In this document: positions 1 to 5,711 of the stretch, piece after piece
How positions within the stretch are numbered: position 1 is the first letter of the stretch
Layout: each line of letters starts with the position of its first letter
IMG/VR virus record: IMGVR_UViG_2690316285_000008
Coordinates: 1 to 6,986 of that record
Strand: one strand, 5' to 3'
DNA from: a virus
Taxonomy: Duplodnaviria; Heunggongvirae; Uroviricota; Caudoviricetes
DNA: 6,986 bases
The notes under the pieces: generated by a model
What the model saw: the letters and a program-made list of their open reading frames with translations, nothing else
What the model was told of the DNA's origin: nothing
The model's database searches: none
Program-made: the position numbers and the translations under genes

Positions 1-437
1 GCCCATACCGGCGGCTTACCATCCGGATACTGGATCTTGTTTGTAAAAACCTCGCTTTCAATAAATTTTTTTCCGTGACAGCAGGGGCACTGTTTTTTGC
101 TCGCCGCGCTACGGGCATAATCTTCAAACGCATACGAAGCCATAATACGCATCACTGCCGGTTTTATTTCTGCCGGGAGTTTTCTTAACGCCGCCACGCG
201 ATCACACCGACTGAGTGCATATTCTGTCAGCAATTCTGTTGCCCGCTCTCTGTCATTCATACTAATGCCCATTTTCCCAAGGAACGCAGAAACCCCCATC
301 TCAGCCCGATTCTGTGTCATGCCCTGCGCGGCCATCACATCAGTGATACTCAGCGCATCTTTCGACGTTGAGGCCGATGCATCAGTCAGGCCGGGGGATT
401 TTGGGGAGTAGTATTTCGGTAAATCTTCCAGTTTCAT
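1..437 (-). CDS. Late-gene antitermination protein Q (lambda Q family), N-terminal ~145 codons; 3' end runs off the window start
   Basis: ATG at 437..435 overlaps the rusA stop (ATGA at 437..434) and the frame stays open to position 1. Translation begins MKLEDLPKYYSPKSPGLTDASASTSKDALSITDVMAAQGMTQNR, which parallels the lambda Q N-terminus as I recall it (MRLESVAKFHSPKSP...DVMAAMGMAQ). A CPCCHG zinc-finger-like motif follows near the window edge. Not in the ORF track because it is truncated. Confidence 0.75.
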   Translation of the reverse strand, partial: MKLEDLPKYYSPKSPGLTDASASTSKDALSITDVMAAQGMTQNRAEMGVSAFLGKMGISMNDRERATELLTEYALSRCDRVAALRKLPAEIKPAVMRIMASYAFEDYARSAASKKQCPCCHGKKFIESEVFTNKIQYPDGKPPVW

Positions 438-814
438 TTTTTGACCTGCTCTTCATGCATTATGGGGTAAATCTTCACCCCCAGACGTCCACCAGATACT
501 GGCTGACCACGAACGATATTGATTTCATCAAACTGCTCATCGTCCATTAGCAACCCCGCATGCGTCAGCGCATCCAGCGGCGCTTTCAGAATATTGTCCA
601 GGTCACGGCGGCGCTTATCCGGTGGTTCTGCAATAATTTTTATTGCCAACCTTCCGGACAGGCTTAATTTCAGCCGCTGCTGGCGAACAATAAGCGCCAC
701 TGCCCGGCGATAACGCTCCCCGGCTTTTGATACAAAATATGTGCTGCCACGACGACGCCAGTAAGTGTTCACCGTCGGCGGGTAAGGTAAAACAAATTCT
801 ATGCGCTCGGTCAT
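434..814 (-). CDS. rusA: RusA Holliday junction resolvase (crossover junction endodeoxyribonuclease)
   Basis: 126-aa ORF with ATG at 814..812. Carries the RusA hallmarks PYPPTVNTYWR and PPDKRRRDLDNILKAPLDAL. Sits immediately 5' of Q, as in lambdoid nin regions. Confidence 0.9.
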   Translation of the reverse strand: MTERIEFVLPYPPTVNTYWRRRGSTYFVSKAGERYRRAVALIVRQQRLKLSLSGRLAIKIIAEPPDKRRRDLDNILKAPLDALTHAGLLMDDEQFDEINIVRGQPVSGGRLGVKIYPIMHEEQVKK

Positions 815-1873
815 TTATGCTTTCCACTTCAGAACACCCGAATTTCTCGCGTGCATTAAAAAACGAATCAGCAACAACAGCTGACTGCCGTGTTTCTCTT
901 CAAAATCTTTTACTCCGGCATGTAGTTCGTTACGGCATTTACGGCATAACGGAATAACAAACAAATCATCAGCCTTTGTTCCCATCCCTCCCAGTCCATG
1001 ACCAATGATGTGATGCGGATCATCTGCCTGATTGCCACACGTCATGCATTTCTGCGTTTTTACCCAGCGCGTGTATACAGGCATCTCTTCCCGTTGTGAT
1101 TTCTGGCGCTGGAGATACTGAGCCGGTGACTCCGGATCAACGGCAATGCTGACCACCGTCTTTTCCTGTGGTGGGTTCTGTTGCTGGTGGACGTGAGGCA
1201 GTAACGCAATATTTTTTGTGCGCTGCTTCAGTATGCTGGTGGCTGTCTGCTCTCCCGGTATGATGTCGCTTTCACTGTACACAGAGCGAATTTTTTCCGC
1301 ACGCAACCCCAGCGAACGACGTAATACCGCTTCCGGTAGCGCGTCCGCCACCTGATTGCGGACCGCCCACCAGGATAATTCAGCCAGAGATAATTCACGC
1401 TCCTGCGTACCGCTTATTGCGTGACCGATGACGTCAATCATCCATGCTGACAGGTTTTGATGAGCAAGTTGCTCGAGTGATTCGGATGTCTGGTCACGCA
1501 GCTGGTTGTCGCAGTGCCAGCACAACACCATTGCGCCGGTACCATAACGGTGAATGACGGTTTCGCTGTGATGATAATCGCCGTGTGGCCACTGGCAGGA
1601 TTTAATATGGCGCAACAGCCAGTCAGACAATGCACCAGCACCACCAGCAGCACGAATCACCCGTGCGTTACTGAAAAACGGCAGCAATGTTTTGTCTTCC
1701 ACCAGCGGCTGGCGAGCGGCAGGAACGACCCCGGACGGCAGATTACGCATGCTTTTTGGTTCCGGCTCCACCAGTATTCTGCCGTTATGGAATGCTGACA
1801 TTGATTCACGGCCTGGCTTAACGATAACCAGACCGAGTTCCGGTACCAGAACAGGTCGAAGTAATACCCGCAC
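815..1873 (-). CDS. YdfU-like (DUF968-type) prophage protein with a C-terminal HNH-like zinc-finger motif
   Basis: 352-aa ORF whose stop TAA (817..815) directly abuts the rusA ATG. C-terminal region has CMTCG...DDPHHIIGHGLGG...VIPLCRKCRNELH (CxxC / HH / CxxC spacing typical of HNH nucleases). The listed start at 1873 is GTG; an in-frame ATG lies at 1801..1799. Size and position match ydfU of Qin. Confidence 0.7.
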   Translation of the reverse strand: MRVLLRPVLVPELGLVIVKPGRESMSAFHNGRILVEPEPKSMRNLPSGVVPAARQPLVEDKTLLPFFSNARVIRAAGGAGALSDWLLRHIKSCQWPHGDYHHSETVIHRYGTGAMVLCWHCDNQLRDQTSESLEQLAHQNLSAWMIDVIGHAISGTQERELSLAELSWWAVRNQVADALPEAVLRRSLGLRAEKIRSVYSESDIIPGEQTATSILKQRTKNIALLPHVHQQQNPPQEKTVVSIAVDPESPAQYLQRQKSQREEMPVYTRWVKTQKCMTCGNQADDPHHIIGHGLGGMGTKADDLFVIPLCRKCRNELHAGVKDFEEKHGSQLLLLIRFLMHARNSGVLKWKA

Positions 1874-1874
1874 A

Positions 1875-2153
1875 TTACCTCCAGATCCGTTGCTGGAATG
1901 TGCGGGACGGACGCGTTGGCCGTTCGGAGTAAGGGAGCCTGACGGAGATTATCCAGTGACGGTAGTCGAGGCTAAGGGCTTTTTTAACCTCGCATCCGCG
2001 CCTGCGGTAACACTGAATGAGCCATTCGGCCTGTTCTTCAGTGCATGGGGGATGCTGGTACCAATCAGATTTAAATGCGTGAGAGCGCCGCCCGTGCCTG
2101 CTGGCAAAGACGGCTGAATTATCAGAATTGTGTAGTCTGGAATTTTGCGCCAT
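1875..2153 (-). CDS. Hypothetical prophage protein (92 aa)
   Basis: ATG at 2153..2151 preceded by GGAG with a 7-nt spacer. Stop TAA (1877..1875) overlaps an ATG at 1875..1873 (TAATG). No recognisable family. Confidence 0.45.
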   Translation of the reverse strand: MAQNSRLHNSDNSAVFASRHGRRSHAFKSDWYQHPPCTEEQAEWLIQCYRRRGCEVKKALSLDYRHWIISVRLPYSERPTRPSRTFQQRIWR

Positions 2154-2219
2154 CGGCTTTCTCCGGTGGCACAGTGTTACTCAACAGGGGTTCAGCCCTG
2201 CGCTGAATTGTAGATGAAT

Positions 2220-2480
2220 TCACTCATCTTCAAAAGCAGAAAAACCAGCCTTAATCCCAGCTTCTTTCAGAGACGGCAACGATGTGACAAATTCATTTGC
2301 ACGCGAAATAAAACCATCCGTCACAAGCCCATCCACAAAATGAATTAACGCAGCTCCACTCTTCCTTTGTTGAGACTGTAAACATTTAATACGGCAGTGG
2401 CTGACAATAGCGCCATTCTCAACGCGCACAGTATAGAGGCCATCTTCACTAAAAATTTCACGTAATTCTTCGATTTTCAT
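2220..2480 (-). CDS. Hypothetical prophage protein (86 aa from the ATG; the track shows 87 aa from an upstream TTG)
   Basis: ATG at 2480..2478 preceded by GGAAGGA with an 8-nt spacer. The track start at 2483 is TTG. Positionally equivalent to rem of Qin, but the sequence is not recognised. Confidence 0.5.
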   Translation of the reverse strand: MKIEELREIFSEDGLYTVRVENGAIVSHCRIKCLQSQQRKSGAALIHFVDGLVTDGFISRANEFVTSLPSLKEAGIKAGFSAFEDE

Positions 2481-2555
2481 CAACAGAATCCTTCCAGATA
2501 AATAGCACTCCCCTGTTCGGGGTCCATCCCTCTTCTCCCTGCGCGCTACTTAAGT

Positions 2556-2592
2556 ATTTTTGATTCTATTCCGGCACCATCTAAAACTTCAA
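2556..2592 (-). promoter_or_regulatory. Candidate sigma70 promoter for the 86-aa gene and downstream operon
   Basis: On the minus strand TTGAAG (2592..2587), 18-nt spacer, TAGAAT (2568..2563), lying between the hok-1 terminator and the 86-aa gene. Motif match only. Confidence 0.25.
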
Positions 2593-2606
2593 ACGCGTTG
2601 AAAATA

Positions 2607-2631
2607 AAAACAAAAACCCGCCGAAGCGGGT
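2607..2631 (-). terminator. Intrinsic terminator at the 3' end of hok-1 mRNA
   Basis: Minus-strand hairpin CCCGC-UUCG-GCGGG (plus 2617..2630) followed by a U5 run (plus-strand A-run 2612..2616). Confidence 0.5.
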
Positions 2632-2700
2632 TAAGTGTGGGTGCATTGAGGATGCCTGACCCATCAGAGGTGGCGAGGGATTTCTCCCCCGCCTGGTCTC

Positions 2701-2856
2701 TTACTCCTCAGGTTCGTAAGCTGTGAAGACAGCGACCTCCGTCTGGCCGGTTCGAATTCGTACCTCGCAGAGGTCTTTCCTCGTTACCAGTGCCGTCACT
2801 ATGACGGTTAAACAGATGACGATCAGGGCGATTAACATCGCCTTTTGCTGCTTCAT
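2701..2856 (-). CDS. hokD: Hok-family type I toxin (51 aa), hok-1
   Basis: Translation MKQQKAMLIALIVICLTVIVTALVTRKDLCEVRIRTGQTEVAVFTAYEPEE from ATG 2856..2854, preceded by AGGAG with a 9-nt spacer. Matches my recollection of HokD/RelF and the Hok fold (TM helix then conserved Cys). It is the C-terminal part of the 70-aa ORF in the track. Confidence 0.85.
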   Translation of the reverse strand: MKQQKAMLIALIVICLTVIVTALVTRKDLCEVRIRTGQTEVAVFTAYEPEE

Positions 2857-2913
2857 AGCCTGCTTCTCCTTGCCTTTCGGCACGTAAGAGGCTAACCTAG
2901 ATTTGCCGTTCAT
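2701..2913 (-). CDS. Mok-like reading frame (70 aa), an in-frame N-terminal extension of hok-1
   Basis: ATG at 2913..2911 with GAGG 8 nt upstream; frame is continuous with hok (MNGKSRLASYVPKGKEKQA-MKQQ...), as I recall for chromosomal mok/hok pairs. Confidence 0.5.
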   Translation of the reverse strand: MNGKSRLASYVPKGKEKQAMKQQKAMLIALIVICLTVIVTALVTRKDLCEVRIRTGQTEVAVFTAYEPEE

Positions 2914-2978
2914 AGATTGAGCCTCAGATTAATGTTAAGCGTCTTGCCGGACGCGTAATGTTAACTGGGGCTTTTCTC
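2904..2978 (+). ncRNA. Candidate Sok antisense RNA for hok-1
   Basis: Plus-strand promoter-like TTGCCT (2870..2875), 17-nt spacer, TAACCT (2893..2898). Long imperfect hairpin with outer stem GCCUCAG (2921..2927) and CUGGGGC (2965..2971), followed by UUUUCUC (2972..2978). Antisense to the mok SD and start. Boundaries are approximate. Confidence 0.4.
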
Positions 2979-3026
2979 TATCTGCCTTTTGGTGTTCATG
3001 CCTGAGACAGATAGCCTCAAGCACCC

Positions 3027-3060
3027 GCTGCAATTCTACTTAACTCTCCTTTTCCCGCAA
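3027..3060 (-). promoter_or_regulatory. Candidate hok-1 mRNA promoter
   Basis: Minus strand TTGCGG (3060..3055), 16-nt spacer, TAGAAT (3038..3033), predicted start near 3026. The predicted 5' end GGUGCUUGAGG (plus 3015..3025) is complementary, with a 1-nt bulge, to a 3' element at plus 2640..2651, like the hok tac/fbi pairing. Confidence 0.4.
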
Positions 3061-3067
3061 ACCGTTT

Positions 3068-3151
3068 TTATCCCCAGCGGCAAATCGAATACACCACCAG
3101 CGCCACCGCCATCGCAATTCCTACCGTTGTTAATGCTTCAGGCCAGGTCAT
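3068..3151 (-). CDS. Small hydrophobic peptide, 27 aa ([27 protein letters not shown]), copy 1
   Basis: ATG at 3151..3149 overlaps the 114-aa gene stop (ATGA). GGAGGA lies 9 nt upstream. A second copy at 4601..4684 differs by 4 synonymous and 1 conservative change. Below the ORF-track length cut-off. Confidence 0.55.
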   Translation of the reverse strand: MTWPEALTTVGIAMAVALVVYSICRWG

Positions 3152-3492
3152 CGTAAAATATCCTCCACGCTTATCAGTCCGTTCCGCTCCAGATAACTCA
3201 TCGCCTTATCCGGTAATTTGCAGTCTGGCTTCGCTTTTCTCAGTTGCCAGGTTAACTGCTTTACCAGCATGGTTAACTCATCGACCAGACGCTGATATCC
3301 CACTGGTTTGTATTCATGCAATTTACCGGCTGGCTCTGCTGCCAGCGATACCAGTGCGATTTCCAGAACAGCAATATCCATCTTATATGTGCGGATGATG
3401 TCATGGTCGATTGTGCCCGGTATGCACAGTCTCTGTGCTTCAATAGTCTCCTCTGCGTGAGCTATTAACTGCTCTCTGGTAAAAGTCGTCAT
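3148..3492 (-). CDS. Hypothetical prophage protein, 114 aa (MTT-start paralog family)
   Basis: ATG at 3492..3490 overlaps the 55-aa gene stop (ATGA) inside a conserved 48-bp junction. N-terminus MTTFTREQL and a VSLAAEP segment are shared with the 55-aa and 221-aa proteins. Confidence 0.65.
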   Translation of the reverse strand: MTTFTREQLIAHAEETIEAQRLCIPGTIDHDIIRTYKMDIAVLEIALVSLAAEPAGKLHEYKPVGYQRLVDELTMLVKQLTWQLRKAKPDCKLPDKAMSYLERNGLISVEDILR

Positions 3493-3897
3493 GCCGTAGC
3501 CCCTTCTTGATATTTTTCAAACCAGAACACAACCGGCTCTGCTTCCAGCGATGCCAGCGCAATCCGTGCCAGTTCCATTTGTTCACCACGGGTAAGCCCG
3601 TTTTCAAGCGGGTTTTTAATGAACAATTCAATACGTTCTTTGGTAATAGTGGTCATGTGTTACTCCTTAACCCGCAGTGCTTTCAACTGATGAGGGGAAC
3701 AAAATCTTTTCATCAAACCCTGCATTCATATCATGAACAGCAACACACCAATCCATCGACGAACGATTATCAAGAGCCTCCATGATTTCATCCATGCGGC
3801 GTAGGTCATACAGGTAAATGCTTTTATCGCCAATGGTGTAAAAGCCAATTTTTTTCGGTGATGGATGAGGTGTACTGGCAATAGCGGACACTACCAT
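3274..3897. repeat. Direct repeat U, copy 1 (identical to 6363..6986)
   Basis: Visual alignment shows identity over 623 bp at a constant offset of 3089 bp. The left boundary falls inside the 114-aa gene; the right boundary is limited by the window end. Confidence 0.85.
3489..3656 (-). CDS. Hypothetical small protein, 55 aa ([55 protein letters not shown])
   Basis: ATG at 3656..3654 with GGAG 6 nt upstream. Ends with the same 16 residues as the HNH protein because both 3' ends lie in the conserved junction. Not in the ORF track (under 60 aa). Identical copy at 6578..6745. Confidence 0.55.
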   Translation of the reverse strand: MTTITKERIELFIKNPLENGLTRGEQMELARIALASLEAEPVVFWFEKYQEGATA

Positions 3898-3936
3898 TTG
3901 TTCTTTTTTTAAGCAGCCATCTGATGAATCGGGCAT
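3667..3936 (-). CDS. Hypothetical prophage protein (89 aa from ATG 3936; 76 aa if ATG 3897 is used)
   Basis: Protein-like translation (...KKIGFYTIGDKSIYLYDLRRMDEIMEALDNRSSMDWCVAVHDMNAGFDEKILFPSS). Neither ATG has a clear SD. The track's 133-aa version starts at a GTG inside the hok-2 3' UTR and is probably over-extended. Confidence 0.45.
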   Translation of the reverse strand: MPDSSDGCLKKEQMVVSAIASTPHPSPKKIGFYTIGDKSIYLYDLRRMDEIMEALDNRSSMDWCVAVHDMNAGFDEKILFPSSVESTAG

Positions 3937-3978
3937 TATCTGAACATAAAACACTATCAATAAGTTGGAGTCATTACC

Positions 3979-4000
3979 AAAAAAACCGCCGAAACGGGTT
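3979..4000 (-). terminator. Weak terminator-like element at the 3' end of hok-2 mRNA
   Basis: Degenerate counterpart of the hok-1 terminator: short stem followed by a U7 run (plus-strand A-run 3979..3985). Confidence 0.3.
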
Positions 4001-4070
4001 AAGTGCGGGTGCGTTGAGGATGCCTGACACATCAAAGGTGGCGGGAGATTACTCTCCCGCCTGGTCACTC

Positions 4071-4226
4071 TTACTCTCTAGATTCGTAGTCTACGAAAAC
4101 AGCGACCTCCGTCTGGCCGATTCGGATTCGTACCTCGCAGAGGTCTTTCCTCGTTACCAGTGCCGTCACTATGACGGTTAAACAGATGACGATCAGGGCG
4201 ATTAACATCGCCTTTTGCTGCTTCAT
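4071..4226 (-). CDS. Hok-family type I toxin paralog (51 aa), hok-2
   Basis: Translation MKQQKAMLIALIVICLTVIVTALVTRKDLCEVRIRIGQTEVAVFVDYESRE from ATG 4226..4224. Identical to hok-1 through residue 34, diverged in the C-terminal tail. Confidence 0.8.
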   Translation of the reverse strand: MKQQKAMLIALIVICLTVIVTALVTRKDLCEVRIRIGQTEVAVFVDYESRE

Positions 4227-4283
4227 AGCCTGCTTCTCCTTGCCTTTCGGCACGTAAGAGGCTAACCTACATTTGTGAGACAT
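4071..4283 (-). CDS. Mok-like reading frame (70 aa), an in-frame extension of hok-2
   Basis: ATG at 4283..4281; N-terminus MSHKCRLASYVPKGKEKQA then hok in frame. Confidence 0.45.
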   Translation of the reverse strand: MSHKCRLASYVPKGKEKQAMKQQKAMLIALIVICLTVIVTALVTRKDLCEVRIRIGQTEVAVFVDYESRE

Positions 4284-4348
4284 AGATTGGGCCTCAGATT
4301 AATGTTAAGCGTCTTGCAGGACGCGTAATGTTAACTGGGGCTTTTCTC
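4274..4348 (+). ncRNA. Candidate Sok antisense RNA for hok-2
   Basis: Same architecture as sok-1, offset by 1370 bp: hairpin GCCUCAG (4291..4297) / CUGGGGC (4335..4341) followed by UUUUCUC (4342..4348). The 5' single-stranded tail differs from sok-1 at several positions. Confidence 0.4.
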
Positions 4349-4564
4349 TGTCTGCCTTACAGTGACATACCCGAGGCAGACAGCCTCAAGCACCCGCAGC
4401 AATCTTACCGACACCGATAAGAAAACGCTATTTTTTATTGCCAGCACCATCTATCCAGGCTAGTTTATCTGCGTCAGAACGGCGCAATGCGCTCGCCTGA
4501 GATACGTTTACTTGCCATGGTAACAACAGGTAACGGCAATTGCTGTTTCTGTTTTGTTTCCTTC

Positions 4565-4595
4565 AAAAACCCCGGACCATCAATCCGGGGTTTTT
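4565..4595. terminator. Bidirectional intrinsic terminator
   Basis: Perfect 6-bp GC stem CCCCGG (4570..4575) / CCGGGG (4585..4590) with a 9-nt loop, flanked by A5 (4565..4569) and T5 (4591..4595). Lies just 3' of the 27-aa gene copy 2. Confidence 0.65.
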
Positions 4596-4600
4596 GTTTG

Positions 4601-4684
4601 TTAACCCCAACGGCAAATCGAATACACCACCAGCGCCACCGCCATCGCAATTCCTACCGTGGTGAATGCCTCAGGCCAGGTCAT
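4601..4684 (-). CDS. Small hydrophobic peptide, 27 aa ([27 protein letters not shown]), copy 2
   Basis: ATG at 4684..4682 overlaps the DUF551-like gene stop (ATGA). AGGAGG lies 7 nt upstream. Followed by the terminator at 4565..4595. Confidence 0.55.
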   Translation of the reverse strand: MTWPEAFTTVGIAMAVALVVYSICRWG

Positions 4685-5046
4685 TGATTCACCTCCTGCG
4701 GTGGTTCCGGTAGCGGCATCCAGTGAGTTGAGCTCTCTACTTCAACGCCGTCTTTGTCCACAAAAGCCATCTTATTCCCGCCACGAGTGGGGCAAAAAAC
4801 CTTATCCCAGGAACCGGGGAATACATTCCCGAGATCATCGAGAAGAATCACATCGCAATATTCAGCAGGAACTGCATCACTACAGCTTATCCAGCCAGCC
4901 GGAGCTACCGGAGAGTTGCCAGCCTTACGCATGGCCATTTCCACGATTTCAACCATATCTCCTGGTGGAATTTTACAAAGTTGCCCAATACATTTCTGCT
5001 GCCTGGCATATTCGAGAATGTGCTCCAGTTTGGTTCGATTAATCAT
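4681..5046 (-). CDS. DUF551-like phage protein (121 aa)
   Basis: ATG at 5046..5044 overlaps the 221-aa gene stop (TAATG); GGGAG lies 7 nt upstream. C-terminal THWMPLPEPP and internal Trp/Gly pattern match my recollection of the DUF551 family. Confidence 0.65.
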   Translation of the reverse strand: MINRTKLEHILEYARQQKCIGQLCKIPPGDMVEIVEMAMRKAGNSPVAPAGWISCSDAVPAEYCDVILLDDLGNVFPGSWDKVFCPTRGGNKMAFVDKDGVEVESSTHWMPLPEPPQEVNQ

Positions 5047-5711
5047 TATTTATCTCCCTTAAGCATGGCAGCGCGGCAGGCGTTCCAGCCATCAACATAA
5101 TCAAACGTATTACTATCGTTTGGCCCGATTTCATCCGGCACTATCGGCTCTGGTTGGATAGTGACGTTGGCAAAGGCAGCACGCAAACCGGTTTTAATTT
5201 CTTCGATTTCATCAGAGCCAAGCGATGAATCTGACAGTGCGTGATGGAATGCGTAAGCCATGTCGTCGTTTACTGCAACCGGCACTGCCGGCGCTGCGTA
5301 AAGCGGTGTTATATCTGCCCGAAAATCACATGCTTTATGCAGTCGTACCCAACACTCAACTTCCGCTTTGTCAAAATATATAGCAGTGAACGTATTAGAT
5401 TCCTGGTCAACTTGAGTAAACGTCACCTTCCACGCTACAGCTACGGCTTTCCATCCATCAGGTTGTCGCATTCGCGGGGCAGCATAAAGCTCATGCATTC
5501 CATCAGGCAGCGAGTGACCCACATACTCACCGAACCCGTCAATACACATGCCCCCATCTTCAACAATGCATTCCGCTACAGGCTCTGCTTCCAGTGATGC
5601 CAGAGCGATAAGCGCCAGTTCACGAATTTCACCGCCGTCTATATCGTCAATATCATCGCGGCCAGAAATGTTAGCCAGCCATTGCAGTCGCTCTTTGGTA
5701 ATAGTGGTCAT
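5046..5711 (-). CDS. Hypothetical prophage protein, 221 aa (MTT-start paralog family)
   Basis: ATG at 5711..5709 overlaps the HNH stop (ATGA) in the conserved junction, with AAGGGG 7 nt upstream. N-terminus MTTITKERL and [12 protein letters not shown] are shared with the 55-aa protein. LYAAP occurs twice internally. Confidence 0.7.
   Translation of the reverse strand: MTTITKERLQWLANISGRDDIDDIDGGEIRELALIALASLEAEPVAECIVEDGGMCIDGFGEYVGHSLPDGMHELYAAPRMRQPDGWKAVAVAWKVTFTQVDQESNTFTAIYFDKAEVECWVRLHKACDFRADITPLYAAPAVPVAVNDDMAYAFHHALSDSSLGSDEIEEIKTGLRAAFANVTIQPEPIVPDEIGPNDSNTFDYVDGWNACRAAMLKGDK

Larger units (their letters stand above)
2612..3035. repeat. hok/mok/sok locus copy 1 (about 420-bp diverged direct repeat of 3985..4405)
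   Basis: Aligns with copy 2 at an offset of 1370 bp; the central block 2761..2899 is identical and both flanks have diverged. Confidence 0.8.
3985..4405. repeat. hok/mok/sok locus copy 2
   Basis: See copy 1. Confidence 0.8.

Noticed and set aside
615-1875. Minus-strand alternative-frame ORFs 615..827, 1438..1653 and 1657..1875
   Set aside because: They overlap rusA or the ydfU-like gene in other frames and have W/C-rich, non-protein-like translations. The 1657..1875 ORF has an ATG coupled to the upstream stop, but the other frame is far longer and carries the HNH-like motif.
3440-3631. 63-aa minus-strand ORF 3440..3631 (and its copy 6529..6720)
   Set aside because: It is an out-of-frame overlap of the 55-aa gene with a Trp/Arg-rich translation. 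The 55-aa frame has the RBS, the ATGA coupling and the paralog conservation.
3667-4068. 133-aa extension of the 89-aa gene back to GTG 4068
   Set aside because: The extension covers the hok-2 3' UTR, which is homologous to non-coding sequence in hok locus 1 and holds the terminator-like element. The open frame there is probably coincidental, though read-through translation is not excluded.
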